Source: the human T2T-CHM13v2.0 reference genome, Homo sapiens. Taken from it: a DNA stretch of 64,000 bases. Below are positions 44,549 to 57,441 of the stretch, piece by piece. The notes under the pieces were generated by a model. The model did not search any database, was not told where the DNA came from, and saw only the letters and a program-made list of their open reading frames with translations. The stretch lies in NCBI RefSeq assembly GCF_009914755.1, contig NC_060927.1. One strand, given 5' to 3'. The position numbers were made by a program, and so were the translations under genes. Every line of letters begins with the position of its first letter. Positions within the stretch are counted from its first letter, which is position 1.

Positions 44549-44925
44549 GTAAGTTAGAAATATTGTGGCTTCCTTCTTGCTAGCTAATTTCCTCTCTTTC
44601 TGGCTCTGATAGAACAAACTGCTATGCTGGAAAACTCTACATAACACAAACTGAGGGTAGCCTCCAGCCGACACTTAGTGAAGAACAGAATCCTACCTGG
44701 AACCAAGTATGTGAGCTTCAAAGCAGATTATTCCCAGTTAAGTAAGACTTCAAGTAAAACCCTAACCCTGGCCAAAACCTAGATTATGAGAGACCACAGA
44801 ACAGAGGACTCCGCAAAAGTCTACTCAGCTTCCTGACCCACAAAAACTGCAAGAAAATACATGCGTGCTATTTTAAGCCACTAAGTTCCGGGGTAATTTG
44901 TTTCACAACAATGCATAATTAATAT
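44549..44925 (+). mobile_element. Older MLT1 (F/G-like) LTR, 3' part; its 5' part is probably ~43690-43804
   Basis: tgtggcttcc...ctgagggtagcctccagcc...ttcctgacccacaaaaactg...ttttaagccactaagtt. Confidence 0.7.
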
Positions 44926-45894
44926 AATAGTTAAAATCTTGGGCACAGATTAGATTAAAAAAAAAAAAAACTGTCCTGAGACAAAGCCTCTTAAGTCACT
45001 TCACCTAGGTGACTGCCTATTATTTCTAACTTTAAATATAAACTTTTATATTTTTATGATTTACATTGAATTACAATTTTTGTTTTGAGTCTAGATTTAA
45101 TATTGTGGTTTAAGATTCCTAAGAATGAGCAAAGTTTAAATTCACATCAAAACAAGGCCTTGAGAAAAATACCTGCGTGACGTATTTTTTACTTTCCAGA
45201 TTGATTTGGTGGCTTAATGTTGACATTGCCCAAATTATAGCAATGTCAGGAGGCTTCCGCATGCTATCCCAAGGCACAATGGCATAAATGAATCAGTAGA
45301 GCAAATGCTTTTCTTTCTGATAAATTTTATTTGGCTGCCTGAAGTGTTTAATTATGATTCTTTAGTTAATATACTATATAAACATATTTTCACATTATAC
45401 ATTTGGGGGAAGACTTTCCTGGAAATTTTTATTCCTTTGGAAGTAAATCAAAACATATTTCAATGTTATTACTTTAGTTAGGGAAAAGTAAGCCCCAGAA
45501 AAGGACTTGAATTGAAAATGTAAGTGAAACCATTGTTTCTCCACTAATGCTAGCAGCTTTAGCAATAACACACACCAAGAAATTATGAATGTGTGTGATA
45601 CATATTTGATTATCTGCTAAATGACTCTGTAGCAAAAGGAAATTTAAAGGAAAATGCAAATCATCCAATGGCATAAACCTTCATGGATTAATAACTTCTC
45701 TGTGAAGATATTGTTAAAAATTTACCATATTTTTATAAATAAGAATACCACTTTAGAGTACAAACTGTTTAGAATAAACAGTTTATAAAAGTAGAATTTG
45801 TAATATTCATGCTATTTCCACCAAAAAAGGCCCAGACACCCATGAGTATCACGTCATTTATGATTCTGAAAAGCTTATCAATGAAGCAAAACCC

Positions 45895-46050
45895 TAACAG
45901 TCTTTCACATCTCTTAAGCTTTCAAAAATTTGGATTTCTAATCACTGGACTACAGAGATTGTGATTCATAGTCTGGGGAGGGGTCTAGGCATGGATGCTT
46001 TATGACACTTTTTGTGTGATTCTGTGCACATCCAGGGTTGAGGGTCACAG
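45895..46050. mobile_element. MER5-like hAT-Charlie relic
   Basis: cagagattgtgattcatagtctgggg...gtgattctgtgcacatccagggttgag. Confidence 0.55.
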
Positions 46051-46572
46051 GTTGTCAGAATTTTTGGATGTAACTCTTTCTACTTCAGTAACTGAGGTGT
46101 CAGTACTGAAGAGGGCAAGCACCTCGGGATGTGTGAGAGAAATACACATATGCAGATATTTAAACAACTTCTCTATGAACCAACCTTATGACTTTTGAAT
46201 CTTCTCAGCAAATCATGGACCACAGGTCAGAGTGTGGAAAAAGAGTAAAGATGTTATGATGAAAATACCTTTAGGGAAAGCTATTTGCACCCACTCTAAT
46301 GTAAAGATGGCTGTTCCTTCACCTCAAACCTTTAAAAGAGGTGGCATGTTTCAACGGAACTACTCTGATAGCTTTGAAATGTGCTCTTTGAAGCTGAGTC
46401 AGATAGAGGACAGGTGCCAAATCATGCCTGACACAGGCTGATGGTGGACTGGGCTTAACTTCTAGACAACATAGGGATGGAGAGGGGGGTCTGATGACTA
46501 TCTTCAAACAACAGCAGGAGACTGCTGCTATGGGGTCATTGGGCTGCCCTCTCAGAGGTGGTCAGAACAAAA

Positions 46573-46613
46573 GGGTCACCTTGTCTTGGGTCACCTTGTC
46601 TTGGGTCACCTTG
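46573..46613. repeat. 15-bp tandem repeat x2.7
   Basis: gggtcaccttgtctt gggtcaccttgtctt gggtcaccttg. Confidence 0.9.
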
Positions 46614-46828
46614 AGTCCTATCTCATAGGACCCTTCCAGGGGCTAAGAAAAAAAAAGAAGCTGATGTGTCAAACTGAATGCCTAGGACCTGTGGAAAGAG
46701 ACTTAGTCTTGGTCTTCATGACTCCACCAAAAGAGAGATTAGTAGTTTATCTGCTGGTGTCAAGGGAACCAAAGGAGGGCATGAGGACTTCCAAGAGCCC
46801 ATGAAAGGGCACTATGAAAGAAAGATTC

Positions 46829-47150
46829 AGCTGGGTGCGATGGCTCATGCCTGTAATCCCAGCACTTTGGGAGGCTGAGGCGGGCGGATTATGAGGTCAG
46901 GAGATCGAGACCATCCTAGTGAACACGGTGAAACCCCGTCTCTACTAAAATTACACAAAATTAGCCAAGCATAGCCCAGCTACTCAGGAGGCTGATGCAG
47001 GAGAATCTCTTGAACCCAGGAAGCGGAGGTTGCAGGGAGCTGAGATCACGTCACGGCACTCCAGCATGGCTACAGAGCAAGACTCTATCTCAAAAAAAAA
47101 AAAAAAAAAAGAAGGAAGGAAGGAAGGAAGAAAGGAAGGAAGGAAGGAAG
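46829..47150 (+). mobile_element. Alu (AluSc/Y-like) with an ~20-bp right-arm deletion; A tail runs into (GAAG)n
   Basis: gaggtcaggagatcgagaccatcct diagnostic; ttagccaagcatagcccagctact deletion junction. Confidence 0.92.
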
Positions 47151-48433
47151 AAAAAATCACCCGTTAGGCCCAGAGAGCACAGACCCAGCTAATGATGGTA
47201 CAATTTGAAATCAAAACTCTCCAAGTCTGTCAACTTCCTTTGTTTTTCCTCCTCCTTCAACCCTTCAGGATAAGAAACAGCATCTAGTAAATGGAGGAAG
47301 CTAACAAGTTGTGGGACCAAAGGGATGGGGTATGATGGTGAACAAAGAAGAAGAAACTGGGTACAGCTTCTTCCTTGCTGCAGGCATCCATATTTGGGCC
47401 TGGCTCAAGCTGGGAATGGAGAAAAAATATTGACAGTAAATCACGTTTATAATCTTCATTAATATAGGACCAGACACCCTATTTACCATATTGAGACTGT
47501 GTTTGAGACATCAAGTTAATGGAAGATGTAGTATATATGAATAACAGAAATATAGAGGATTTCTACCTGATAAAAAAGGAAAGCACGTATCTATGGAACC
47601 CTGCATCTATTTTTATCCATGAAAAAATATCCTCACTGAATACAGTTTGAATACAATAGGAGACAAAAATAAAGTTGAATTTTAACTATGCCATCGGCTG
47701 TAATTGTTTGGTAAGTTATATGTATCAAGTTAATAAGGTGATTTGATTGCCAAGGAATAGGAAGATCACAAAATTTAATTTGTGACGTAGATAAATACTC
47801 TGGATGGTTTGTAAAAGAATTTGATGTTTAGGCTGAAGGCTATTTAAATAGCTTTTTATTTTCTAACCACTGAGACAAAACACATTTAAACTTGAACCTA
47901 TAATGTATACCTACAGCCATCTCAATATGTGTTGTTAACGAATCTCTACTTGTTGGATAGAATTTATACAGCAGTACTTACCTTACTTAATGTGTATTTG
48001 CTTCCTTGTTCTGGAAAGAGTTTTAAGATAACTTTCACAAGAGACTTTGACTTTGAAATAGAAATATGAATTTGAGCCAAGGAAATATAGAAGATTTCTA
48101 CCTAATAGAAAAAGGAAAGCACCTATCTAAGGAGCCCAGATTATAACGAGGTAAACTTAACATTTCACGTTCAGCTTCCTGGAGGGACAAAGCACTGAAG
48201 AAAAATTCAGTTATATAATCTCCATTTATCAAAAGTAAGAGTCACACCATACCCTCATGTACATAAAATTTTCCTAGGATGACACTCTAAAAACAGTTCT
48301 CATTAACTGTAGGATCTACAGAAAGAAATGTCAAATGGAAGCAAATTAGAAGCAAAGGCGACTATAGCCCAGCTATTTAGCAAGTCTCTGGCATCAAGAC
48401 TTGCATTGTCCATGCTCTTTGATAGTGAGAATA

Positions 48434-48899
48434 TGTATTCGTTTCCTGTAGCTGCTGTAACAAATTATTGCTATCTTGGTGGCTTAAAGCAATAAAAATG
48501 CATTCCCTCACAGTTCTGGAGTCCAGAAGACCAAAATCAGTCTCAATGAGCTGAAATCAGGTGTCAAGTTTGCACTCACTCCCTCTAGAGGCTCTAGGAA
48601 AGAATCCATTCCTTGCCTTTCCTGGCTTCTGGTTGCTGCCCCCAGTCCTTGGATTGTGGCCACATCACTCCCATCTCTGCCTCTGTAATTATATTGCTTT
48701 ATTCTCTTCTCTCTGTTTAAAATTTCCCTCTGCCTCCCTCTTATAAAGATACATTTAGGGCCCACCTTAGTAACCTGGGATGATCTCCACATCTCAAAAT
48801 CTTTAATTTAATTTCATCTGCAAAGACCCTTTTTTCATATTTTAACATTTACAGGTTCCAGTGGCTATCTTTTGAGAGGTCATTTTTCAGCCAACCACA
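48434..48899 (-). mobile_element. MLT1C/D-type MaLR solo LTR
   Basis: tgtattcgtttcctgtagctgctgtaacaaatta...ttttcagccaaccaca; degenerate 5-bp TSD gaata/gcata. Confidence 0.85.
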
Positions 48900-51711
48900 G
48901 CATATGAACAGCAATTGATATATTACATAACATGTGGAATAATACTTTTCATACATGCATATATGTTAAGCAACATACTGGCATTCTAAATTTGGAAATC
49001 ATGGTGAATATCAATAGCATCTTCATCAGTGTAATGAATTCTCACATTGCAGTTACAAGTAGGGTTTTTAGTTCTCAGTGGTAAAAATAGATTTCTGAAA
49101 GCCCACAAGTGTTGATGAAGTCATCTGTGAAAAGGTGGGAGCAGATTATCGTAAAGTTCCGTTACTCACAAATGCCTCTAGTAAGAGCATTACATAAGGA
49201 AAGTAAATTTATTGTTCTTCCTTTATAATAGTAAAATCTAAAATAGCTCAGTGTGGACCCTTAGCTTATCACAGAATTTTAATATCTCAGCCCATGTTTC
49301 TTACTTTCCAGAAAAGAAAATTGAGGCTCAATCAAATGACTGTTCTTAGATCCCACCGCCAACATGTGGCACAAGAAACCAGGACTAATACTTCCTCACT
49401 CCTGGCCCATACACTTTCTTTTGGGCTATGCCCACTTTTGTTCAGTCATTTACTGAAATAAAAGCTAGTTTTAATCACTCTCCAGTTCAGATATCTTTCA
49501 ACCTTAGAATTAAAGTATATTCATTAGAATTTAAATCTTCATTTCTATATTTAATACATAAATATTCTTAATAAACCCTGACATGCAAAAGTCTGATCTG
49601 TAGATGAAGAAACTCAAGGGAGACAGCACCCAATATTCAACTGCAATTACGTTAATTCAGAGGAGTTGGTTCATTTGAGATTTAATTTGAACAAAAGGAA
49701 ACAAAGCCTGCAAATGTACTCAGTTCAGAGATATATCTACCAGAAGCAGTGAGCAGGGTTTAATTGGTAGCAGCTGGGGAAGTTTCTGTCTACCAATTAA
49801 AGATGCAGAAATGTTCCCTCTCACACCAAATAAGTTGGTCTATGGTTTTCTAAAAACTCACTGACTATTTATCTATTATTTTCTCATGAAGAGAAACTTG
49901 ATAAAAGGACACAACATCATTCTGATATCCTTTGTAAGTCATTCATTTTCAAGTTTTCAGGCAAGCTTAGAGAGTAGACAGTTAATTACAACACAAGCTG
50001 CCCCTGTATCTCAAACTGATGCCAGGATGCTGTTTGACAAATGCAGCTTTAAAAACCTCAGTACATAGGTGATTTTGAAATGATTTAGTTCTTACCGTTT
50101 CTCATAATGTGAAATACAGGACATTACAACATGGTCCACATTTTTTTCTCAGGGTATTATATATCGTGTTTGGACAGTTAGAACTCCCTGCTATTATTTA
50201 TTCATGCCAATATAAATTATTCTCTTCAAATGAACTCAAGTCACGTAAACTCTTGCTTCCCGGAACCAAAGCATGCTTTCTTCTGGAGAGACGTGAATTT
50301 CACCTCACTCCTTGGAAATTGAAAAATCAAATAACAAACAGCCCCCGAGTTTGCAATCAATACCTAGTTCAGTAACTTCTTGAGATTGTTTGACTCCAGT
50401 GTGGTTCTCAGTCTTGGGAGTATTAAGGACTTGAAATCGTTTTTTTTTTTTTTTTTCTGCTATCAACTCCCAAATCAAGAAGAGCTACATTAGGGAGTTG
50501 CCTTTCTTTATTATGGGGCTCTGAAGAGGATCTCTGGTTTGTTTTATTTATTTTAAAGCCAAGAGCCAATTCAAGGATGATGAATGGTGTCAGTTTGACA
50601 GCACCAAAGACTGAAATTCTTCATTTCTTCCAAGGTTTAACAAGGCAACGACTGCAATTTGTTTTTCAGTTTGCCCTGCAAAATGCCTTACCTTTTACCT
50701 GAATAAGCTGATTCTAAAAATGTGGTATCAGGATCACGATCTATTCTAACAATTCCTTTTCTCCTGATATCCCTGATAAGTGTCAGGGTAGATGTATTAA
50801 AAGAGATTCTTTTTACTTTTTAAGAGATTTTCTTTTTCACCTGGGACTGAATAAAGCCTTCTGATTGAATTTATTCAGGTCAGCACACTTATAGAAGGAT
50901 AAAGCTGGTTTGGACCTGGCCTCAGCAATGGCTGTTCTATGGGCCCAATCTCAGAGGTGGTTCAGATTTATTGACCTGAATTTTGCCAGATTGGCAGAAA
51001 GTCTCAGGGAAAGCTTTTACTTACACAGTCTACCTTTCCATTTTAACAGAAACTTTACCCTTGCTCTTTGGTTGGTACCAAAAGGAGTGGTGATACAGGT
51101 GAATTTCCACAGTGGGACAACTGTGGAACAATAAGAGAAAAAAATTATATTAAGCTAGTCATACCCATCCAGGTAATCATGACTTCTGGTTACTAGTATA
51201 CACTCTGGTTTTAAGGGAGAATCATTTTCCCTGAAGTAATTTGTTTTTCACTTATTCCTTCTCATAAATAACTAATTTACAGCATTTAAATATTTTCATT
51301 GAAATGATTATAGACTCAATTAAAAAAATGGAAAACTTTATTTCATTATTTCCATACATCCCTTTCTTCAACCTATTAAATATTATGTGCAGATTTTAAA
51401 ATAAGGTTATTAATAGAGATTGAAGCTGAGTCTATATCAATATAGTGGTGAATTTAAAGAACCATTATAATAAAATCTTGCTGAATTAATGATGCTAATT
51501 GAATTGCCTAAGCAACTGCAATACGACAATTGTTGCTAAAAGCTTTTGAGATAATAATGAAAATCTGGCTTATTTCAAGGCATTTAAATCTAATTGGAAA
51601 AGCAATAATAATACTCTTAAAAATACCAGGTAACAGTATGAAACAACACTTAAGTGTTACCATCAAATATTGAGTGTTCTTATGATTAGCGATCTTTACC
51701 CTAGAGGAAAT

Positions 51712-51721
51712 ACACACACAC

Positions 51722-51761
<40 letters not shown>
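51712..51761. repeat. (CA)n microsatellite
   Basis: About 24 units with one interruption. Confidence 0.95.
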
Positions 51762-51763
<2 letters not shown>

Positions 51764-53373
51764 TTATTTATTTGCCATGAACTCTAAATACTGATGGAAT
51801 TCAGATAAAGGAGAAATTAAATGAAGTATTGAGTATAGGAATTTTGAATTCAGTTGCAGAAAAAAAGTACATTTTACTAAATGGAATTGGAGGAACAAAT
51901 TACTTTTGGGGAAAAAAGAGTAGTTTCAAACACATAATGTGACCATGGTTATATTGGAAGAATGAGGCTTTCTCATTTCTCAAGGGAATGAAACACACTT
52001 TGAAGTTATCTTAACGAATATTGTTTTTTCCTTTAACACGAAACATTCAATAAGTGAAAATCTGAGTGATTGTTGAGATAATTCAACCCATATCAAAAAA
52101 TAAAACGAATCATAGGAAACTAAGTTGGAGGTGCAAAGGAAGAACGAGTTCCTCCTCTTAGAGGATTAATTTTTGTGTTAAGATTTGCTGCCCACAAGCT
52201 TGATGGGATATTTTTAAAAATATCTTTCTTGTTTTAAAATGATGAAAGCTGAAAGAGAAATTATCTTGAATTAATATGTTTATATAACCACTTCATAGAT
52301 TACAAGTATAATCACATACATTATTTTATCCTAGATTGGAGAGGAAATGGCTGGTTCAAGTCTTGATTATCACTTAGCTTTGTGACTTTGATCTTTCCTT
52401 TTTCTATTCCTTTTGAAGTTTAGTTTTCTTTTCTGTTACATGAAGATAATGATACATATCCCATGAAGATGTTATAAATATTTATTAAAATATAGTGCCT
52501 GGTACAGAATTGGAACTGAAGCATTAGTTCCTTACACAGACTGAGCATTACCACCATTTGAAAGATGACAAAATGCCGAAAAAGTCAGGTTAACTTGCCA
52601 AAGACTTCACAGATTGAAAGGCTAGACATAATAGCAGTCTTTAGATCTACGATCTTGCAATTTTTCTGCTCTATTGTGTAGCTTCAATACAAATAATTTC
52701 AAATACGATTATATTGATAGATATGAGAGTCTCTATGATTCTACAGATTTTTTTATTTATGTAGTCATACACTATATAACAGCATTTCAGTCAATGACAG
52801 ACCACATATATAACAGAGGTCTCATAAGATGATAATGAGCTGAAAAATTTATATTGCCTAGTGACACTGTAGCTGCCTTCATGTCTTAGCAAAACTTGTT
52901 ACATACATGTTTGCGGTGCTGCTGGTGTAAATAAACCTATTGTGTTGCCAGTCCTATAAAAGTGTAACATGTACTGTTATGTATAGTAACTAATAGTTGA
53001 TAATAAATGACTATGTTACTGGCTTATGTATTTGCTATACTATAGTTTTGTTATTATTTTAGAATGTACTCCTTTCATAATAGGGAAAAAAATAAACAGT
53101 AAAACAGCCTCAGGCAGGTCCTTCAGAACGTATTTCAAAAAAATGACATTATTATCATAAAACATGATATCTTCATGCATGTTATTGTCCCTAAAGAACT
53201 TCCAATGGCACAATATATAAAAGTGGAAGACAGTGATATTGATGATTCTGACCCTGTGTAGGCCTAAGCTAATGCGTGTCTTTTTTAACAAAAACATTTA
53301 AAAAGTAGAAAATAAATAATTTTTAAAGTAGAAAAAAAATATAGAACAAGGTTATTAAGAAAGAATATTTTTG

Positions 53374-54012
53374 GGTCAAATGATATTTCTAGTTCTAGAT
53401 CCCTAAGGAATCACCACACTGACTTCCACAATGGTCGAACTAGTTTACAGTCCCATCAACAGTATAAAAGTGTTCCTATTTCTCCACATCCTCTCCAGCA
53501 CCTGTTTACCAAAGGATTTTAAATCACGCTGCTGTAAAGACACATGAACACGTATGTTTATTGCCACACTATTCACAATAGCAAAGACTTAGAACCAACC
53601 CAAATGTCCAACAATGATAGACTGGATTAAGAAAATGTGGCACATATACACCATGGAATACTATGCAGCCATAAAAAATGATGACTTCATGTCCTTTGTA
53701 GGGACATGGATGAAGCTGGAAACCATCATTCTCAGCAAACTATCACAAGGACAAAAAACCAAATACCGTATGTTCTCACTCATAGGTGGGAATTGAACAA
53801 TGAGAACACATGGACAAAGGAAGGGGAACATCACACACCAGATCCTGTTATGGGGTGGGGGGGAGGGGGGAGGGATAGCATTAGGAGATATACCTAATGT
53901 TAAATGACGAGTTAATGGGTGCAGCACACCAATATGGCACATGTATACATATGTAACTAATCTGCATGTTGTGCACATGTACCCTAAAACTTAAAAGTAT
54001 AATAAAAAAAAA
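53374..54012 (+). mobile_element. Short 5'-inverted L1PA (L1PA3/4-like): inverted piece 53374-53506, sense 3' end 53507-54012
   Basis: Antisense ggtcaaatgatatttctagttctag...cacctgtt joined to sense taccaaagga...FSLIGGN, 3'UTR, aataaaaaaaaa. Confidence 0.93.
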
Positions 54013-54430
54013 GATCCAAGTAAATGGAGGTATATATGTTCATACAGTCTGATGACTCAGTATTGCTAAGATACCAAATCTTCCCTAAATTGATCTAAAT
54101 GTTAAACACATTCCCAATAAAAATCCCAGCGGAATTCTTTGTAGAAATTGAAAAGTTGATTCTAAAATTTATATGAAACGTTAAATGACCTATAATAGCC
54201 AGAACAATGTTTACAAGTAGAACAAGATTGGAGGATTTCACAGCTGATTTTCAAACTTATAAAGCTACAATATCAAGACAATCTACTTTTAGTGAAAAGA
54301 TAAACATATAGATCAAAGGAATGAAATAGAGTCCAGAATTAAGCCCACACATTTATGGTCAACTGAGTTTTTACAAAGATGTCAAGATAATACAATAAAA
54401 AGAACAAGTCTTTTCAACAAATGGTACATT
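54013..54430 (+). mobile_element. Ancient L1M ORF2 fragment (inside the putative transduction)
   Basis: gactcagtattgctaagat...aaaatcccagc...gtagaaattgaaaagttgattctaaaatttatatg...cttttcaacaaatggt. Confidence 0.75.
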
Positions 54431-54439
54431 GGATTATCT

Positions 54440-56320
54440 TATTTGTTTTTCCTGTCATAAATGACAGGATTTTCCTTTTTTAAGGCTGTATAGTATACCA
54501 TGAATATATACCACATTTTCTACCCCCTGGAAGTAACTATACATTTTATTATTTTTATTAGTTTAATTGACACATACCTATTTATGGGCTACAGTCTGAT
54601 GTTTCAATACATATATACACTGAGTAATGATCAAATCATGGTAATTAGCATATCCATTACCTCAAACATTTATCATTTCTTTGAAGTTAGAACACTCAAA
54701 ATCCTCTATTCTATAATAGTTATTTTGAAATATACGTTATTCTTAACTACACTCTACTGTTCAATAAAACACCAGAACTTATTCTTCCTATCTAATTGTA
54801 ACTTTGTACCCATTGACCAACCTCTCCTCAACTTCTCCTCCTTACTACTGCCCTAACCATCTCTGGTAATCACTGTTATACTCTCTGCTTCTATGAGATC
54901 AGCTTTTTTACATTCCACGTGAATGAGATAATGCAGTATTTGTCTTTCTGTGCCTGGCTTATTTCACTAAACATAATGCCCTCCAGATTTATCCATATTG
55001 TCACAAATGACAGGATTTTATTCTTTCTAATGGCTGACAAGTATTCCACTGTATATATATATTTCACATTTTCTTTATCTATTCATCCACTATGGACATT
55101 TAAGTTGATTCATGGGAGTGCAGATAGGTCTTTGACATACTGATTTCATTTCCTTTGGATATATACCCAGTAGTAGGATTGCTGGATAGTTGTTTTAGTC
55201 TCAATTTTTTGAGTAACCTCCATATTGTTTACTATGATTGTACTAATTTAAATTCCTACCAACCGTGTGCAAGATTCCCTTTTCTCCACATCCTCTCCAT
55301 CACTTGTTATCTCTCCTCTTTCAATAATAGCCATTCTTCCAGGTGTGAGGTGATATCTCATTGGGGTTTTAATTTGCATTTTTCTGATGATTCATGATGT
55401 TGAGCATTTTTTAGTATACCTGTTGGTCATTTGTGTGTCTTCTTTTGAGAAATGTCTATTCACATCCTTTGCCCATCCTTTAAATCTTGTTATTTGTTTT
55501 CTTACTATTGAGTTGTTTGAGCTCCTTATATATTAGGTATGTTAACTCCTTATCTGATGTATGGTTTGCAAATATTTTCTCCCATTTTGTGGATTGTCCC
55601 TTCAATCTTGTTTTCTTTGCTGTGCAGGAGCTTTTTAGTTTGATGCTATAGTTTGATCCATTAGCCTATTTTTGCTTTTATTGCCTGTGCTTTCAAGGTC
55701 ATATAAAAAACATCATTACTCAAATCAGTGCTATTGATCTTTCCCACTGTATTTTCTTTTGTTAGTTTTACAATTTCAGTTCTATGTTTAAGTCTTTAAT
55801 CCATTTTGAGGTGACTTTTGTATACAGTGTGAGATAAGGCTCTAATTTCATTTTTCTGCATCTGGATATCAGATTGTCCCAACACCATTTGTTGAAGAGA
55901 CTGTCCTTTTTCCATTGTATATTCTTGATACTTTTGTTGCAAATCAGTGGACGGTAACTGTGTGGATTTATTTCTGGGCACTCTATTCTACTCCATTGGT
56001 CTACATGTATTTTATGCCAGTACCATGCTGTTTTGATTATTATAGCTTTGAAGTATATTTTGAAGCCAGGTAGTATGATGTCTTCAGCTTTATTTTTTTG
56101 TTTGTATGTTTTGTTGTATTTATTTACTTTGCTCAATATTGCTTTGGGTATTTGGGGTGTTTTGTGGTTCCATGCAAATTTTAGGAAAATTTTTTATATT
56201 TCTGTAAAAAATTCATGAAATTTTGATAGGAATTGTATTGAATTTGTATATTGCTTTGGGTAATATGGACATTTTAAACAGTATTAATTTTTCCAAGCTA
56301 TGAACATAAAACATATTTGT
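54440..56320 (-). mobile_element. L1MA-type 3' fragment(s) (inside the putative transduction)
   Basis: Antisense L1MA 3' end from ~54545; ORF2-like KTAWYWHK...SLFNKWCW in ORF 55768..56136(-). Confidence 0.85.
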
Positions 56321-57135
56321 TTAAAAAAAAGAATATTTTTGTTGTACAACTGTATAATGTGTTTTGTTTTAAGGTAAACATTATTTAAAAAGAGCTAAAA
56401 CATTAAAAAAAGAAGTTTAAAAATGTTACACTAAGCTAAAACTAATTTATCATTAAAGAAACTTTTTAAAAATTAATTTAGTATATCCTAAGTCTACAGT
56501 GTTTATAAAGTCTACAGTAGTATAGAGTAATGCCTAAACCTTCACATTCTTTCACTGACTCACCCAGAATAACTTCCAGTCCTGCAAGCTCCATTCATAG
56601 AAAGTGCCCTATACAGGTGTATCATTTTTGTCTTTTTGTCTTTTATACTGTATTTTTCCTGTACTTTTTATGTTTGGTTACAAAAATTCTCACCATTGCA
56701 TTATAATTACCTAGAGTATTCAGTATAGTAACATGCTATATAGGTTTGTAGCCTGGGAGCAGTGGGCTATACCACGTAGTTTATATGTGTAGTAGGCTAT
56801 GTCAAGTAGGTTTGTGTAAGTACATTCTATAATGTTTACACAACAACAAAATTACCTGACAACACATTTTGAGAACACATCCCATTTTTATTGTTGTTAA
56901 GCAATTCATGACTATATTAACAAAGCCAACATCATTTATACATTTAAGTGACACATGTATAAATGATTTGCTGTCATGTTTCTTAAACTATGTATCTGTG
57001 GGTTGGGTGACTGTGTGCTGTTGTTAATCAAGTCACACATTAAACATGCAACACCTTATAGATGGAGGGGACTAATTTTTTTATTAAAATAAGAAACCCA
57101 ATATAATTCTATTTTTAGCATAAAATAAGAAATGT

Positions 57136-57441
57136 GGCCAGGCACAGTGACTCATGCCTGTAATCCCAGTACTTTGAGAGGCTGAGGCGGGTGGATTGCT
57201 TCAGCCCAGGAATTCAAGACCAGCCTGGGCAACATGGAAAACCCCCATCTCAACCAAAAAAATTACAAAAACTAGCCAGAAATGGTGACACGCACCTGTA
57301 GTCCCAGCTAGTTGTGGGGCTGAGGTGGGGGGGTCACTTGGGCCTAGATAGGTTGACCCTGCAGTGAGCCATGACTATGCCACTGCACTCCAGCCTGGGT
57401 GACAGAGTGAGACCCTGCCTCAAAAAAACAAAAAAGAAAAA
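57136..57441 (+). mobile_element. Alu (AluJ-like)
   Basis: ggattgcttcagcccaggaattcaagaccagcctgggcaaca; TSD aagaaatg. Confidence 0.92.

Larger units (their letters stand above)
52762..56914 (+). mobile_element. Tigger3b-like (MER7/Golem) DNA transposon, split by an L1-mediated insertion
   Basis: TIR ends tagtcat (52762) and atgacta (56914); ataagatgataatgagctgaaaaattt...gcctagtgac; removing the insert plus one TSD leaves about 1185 bp. Confidence 0.88.

Noticed and set aside
50873-50981. 10-bp inverted pair attcaggtca / tgacctgaat
   Set aside because: Short, 89 bp apart and without extension; compatible with chance.
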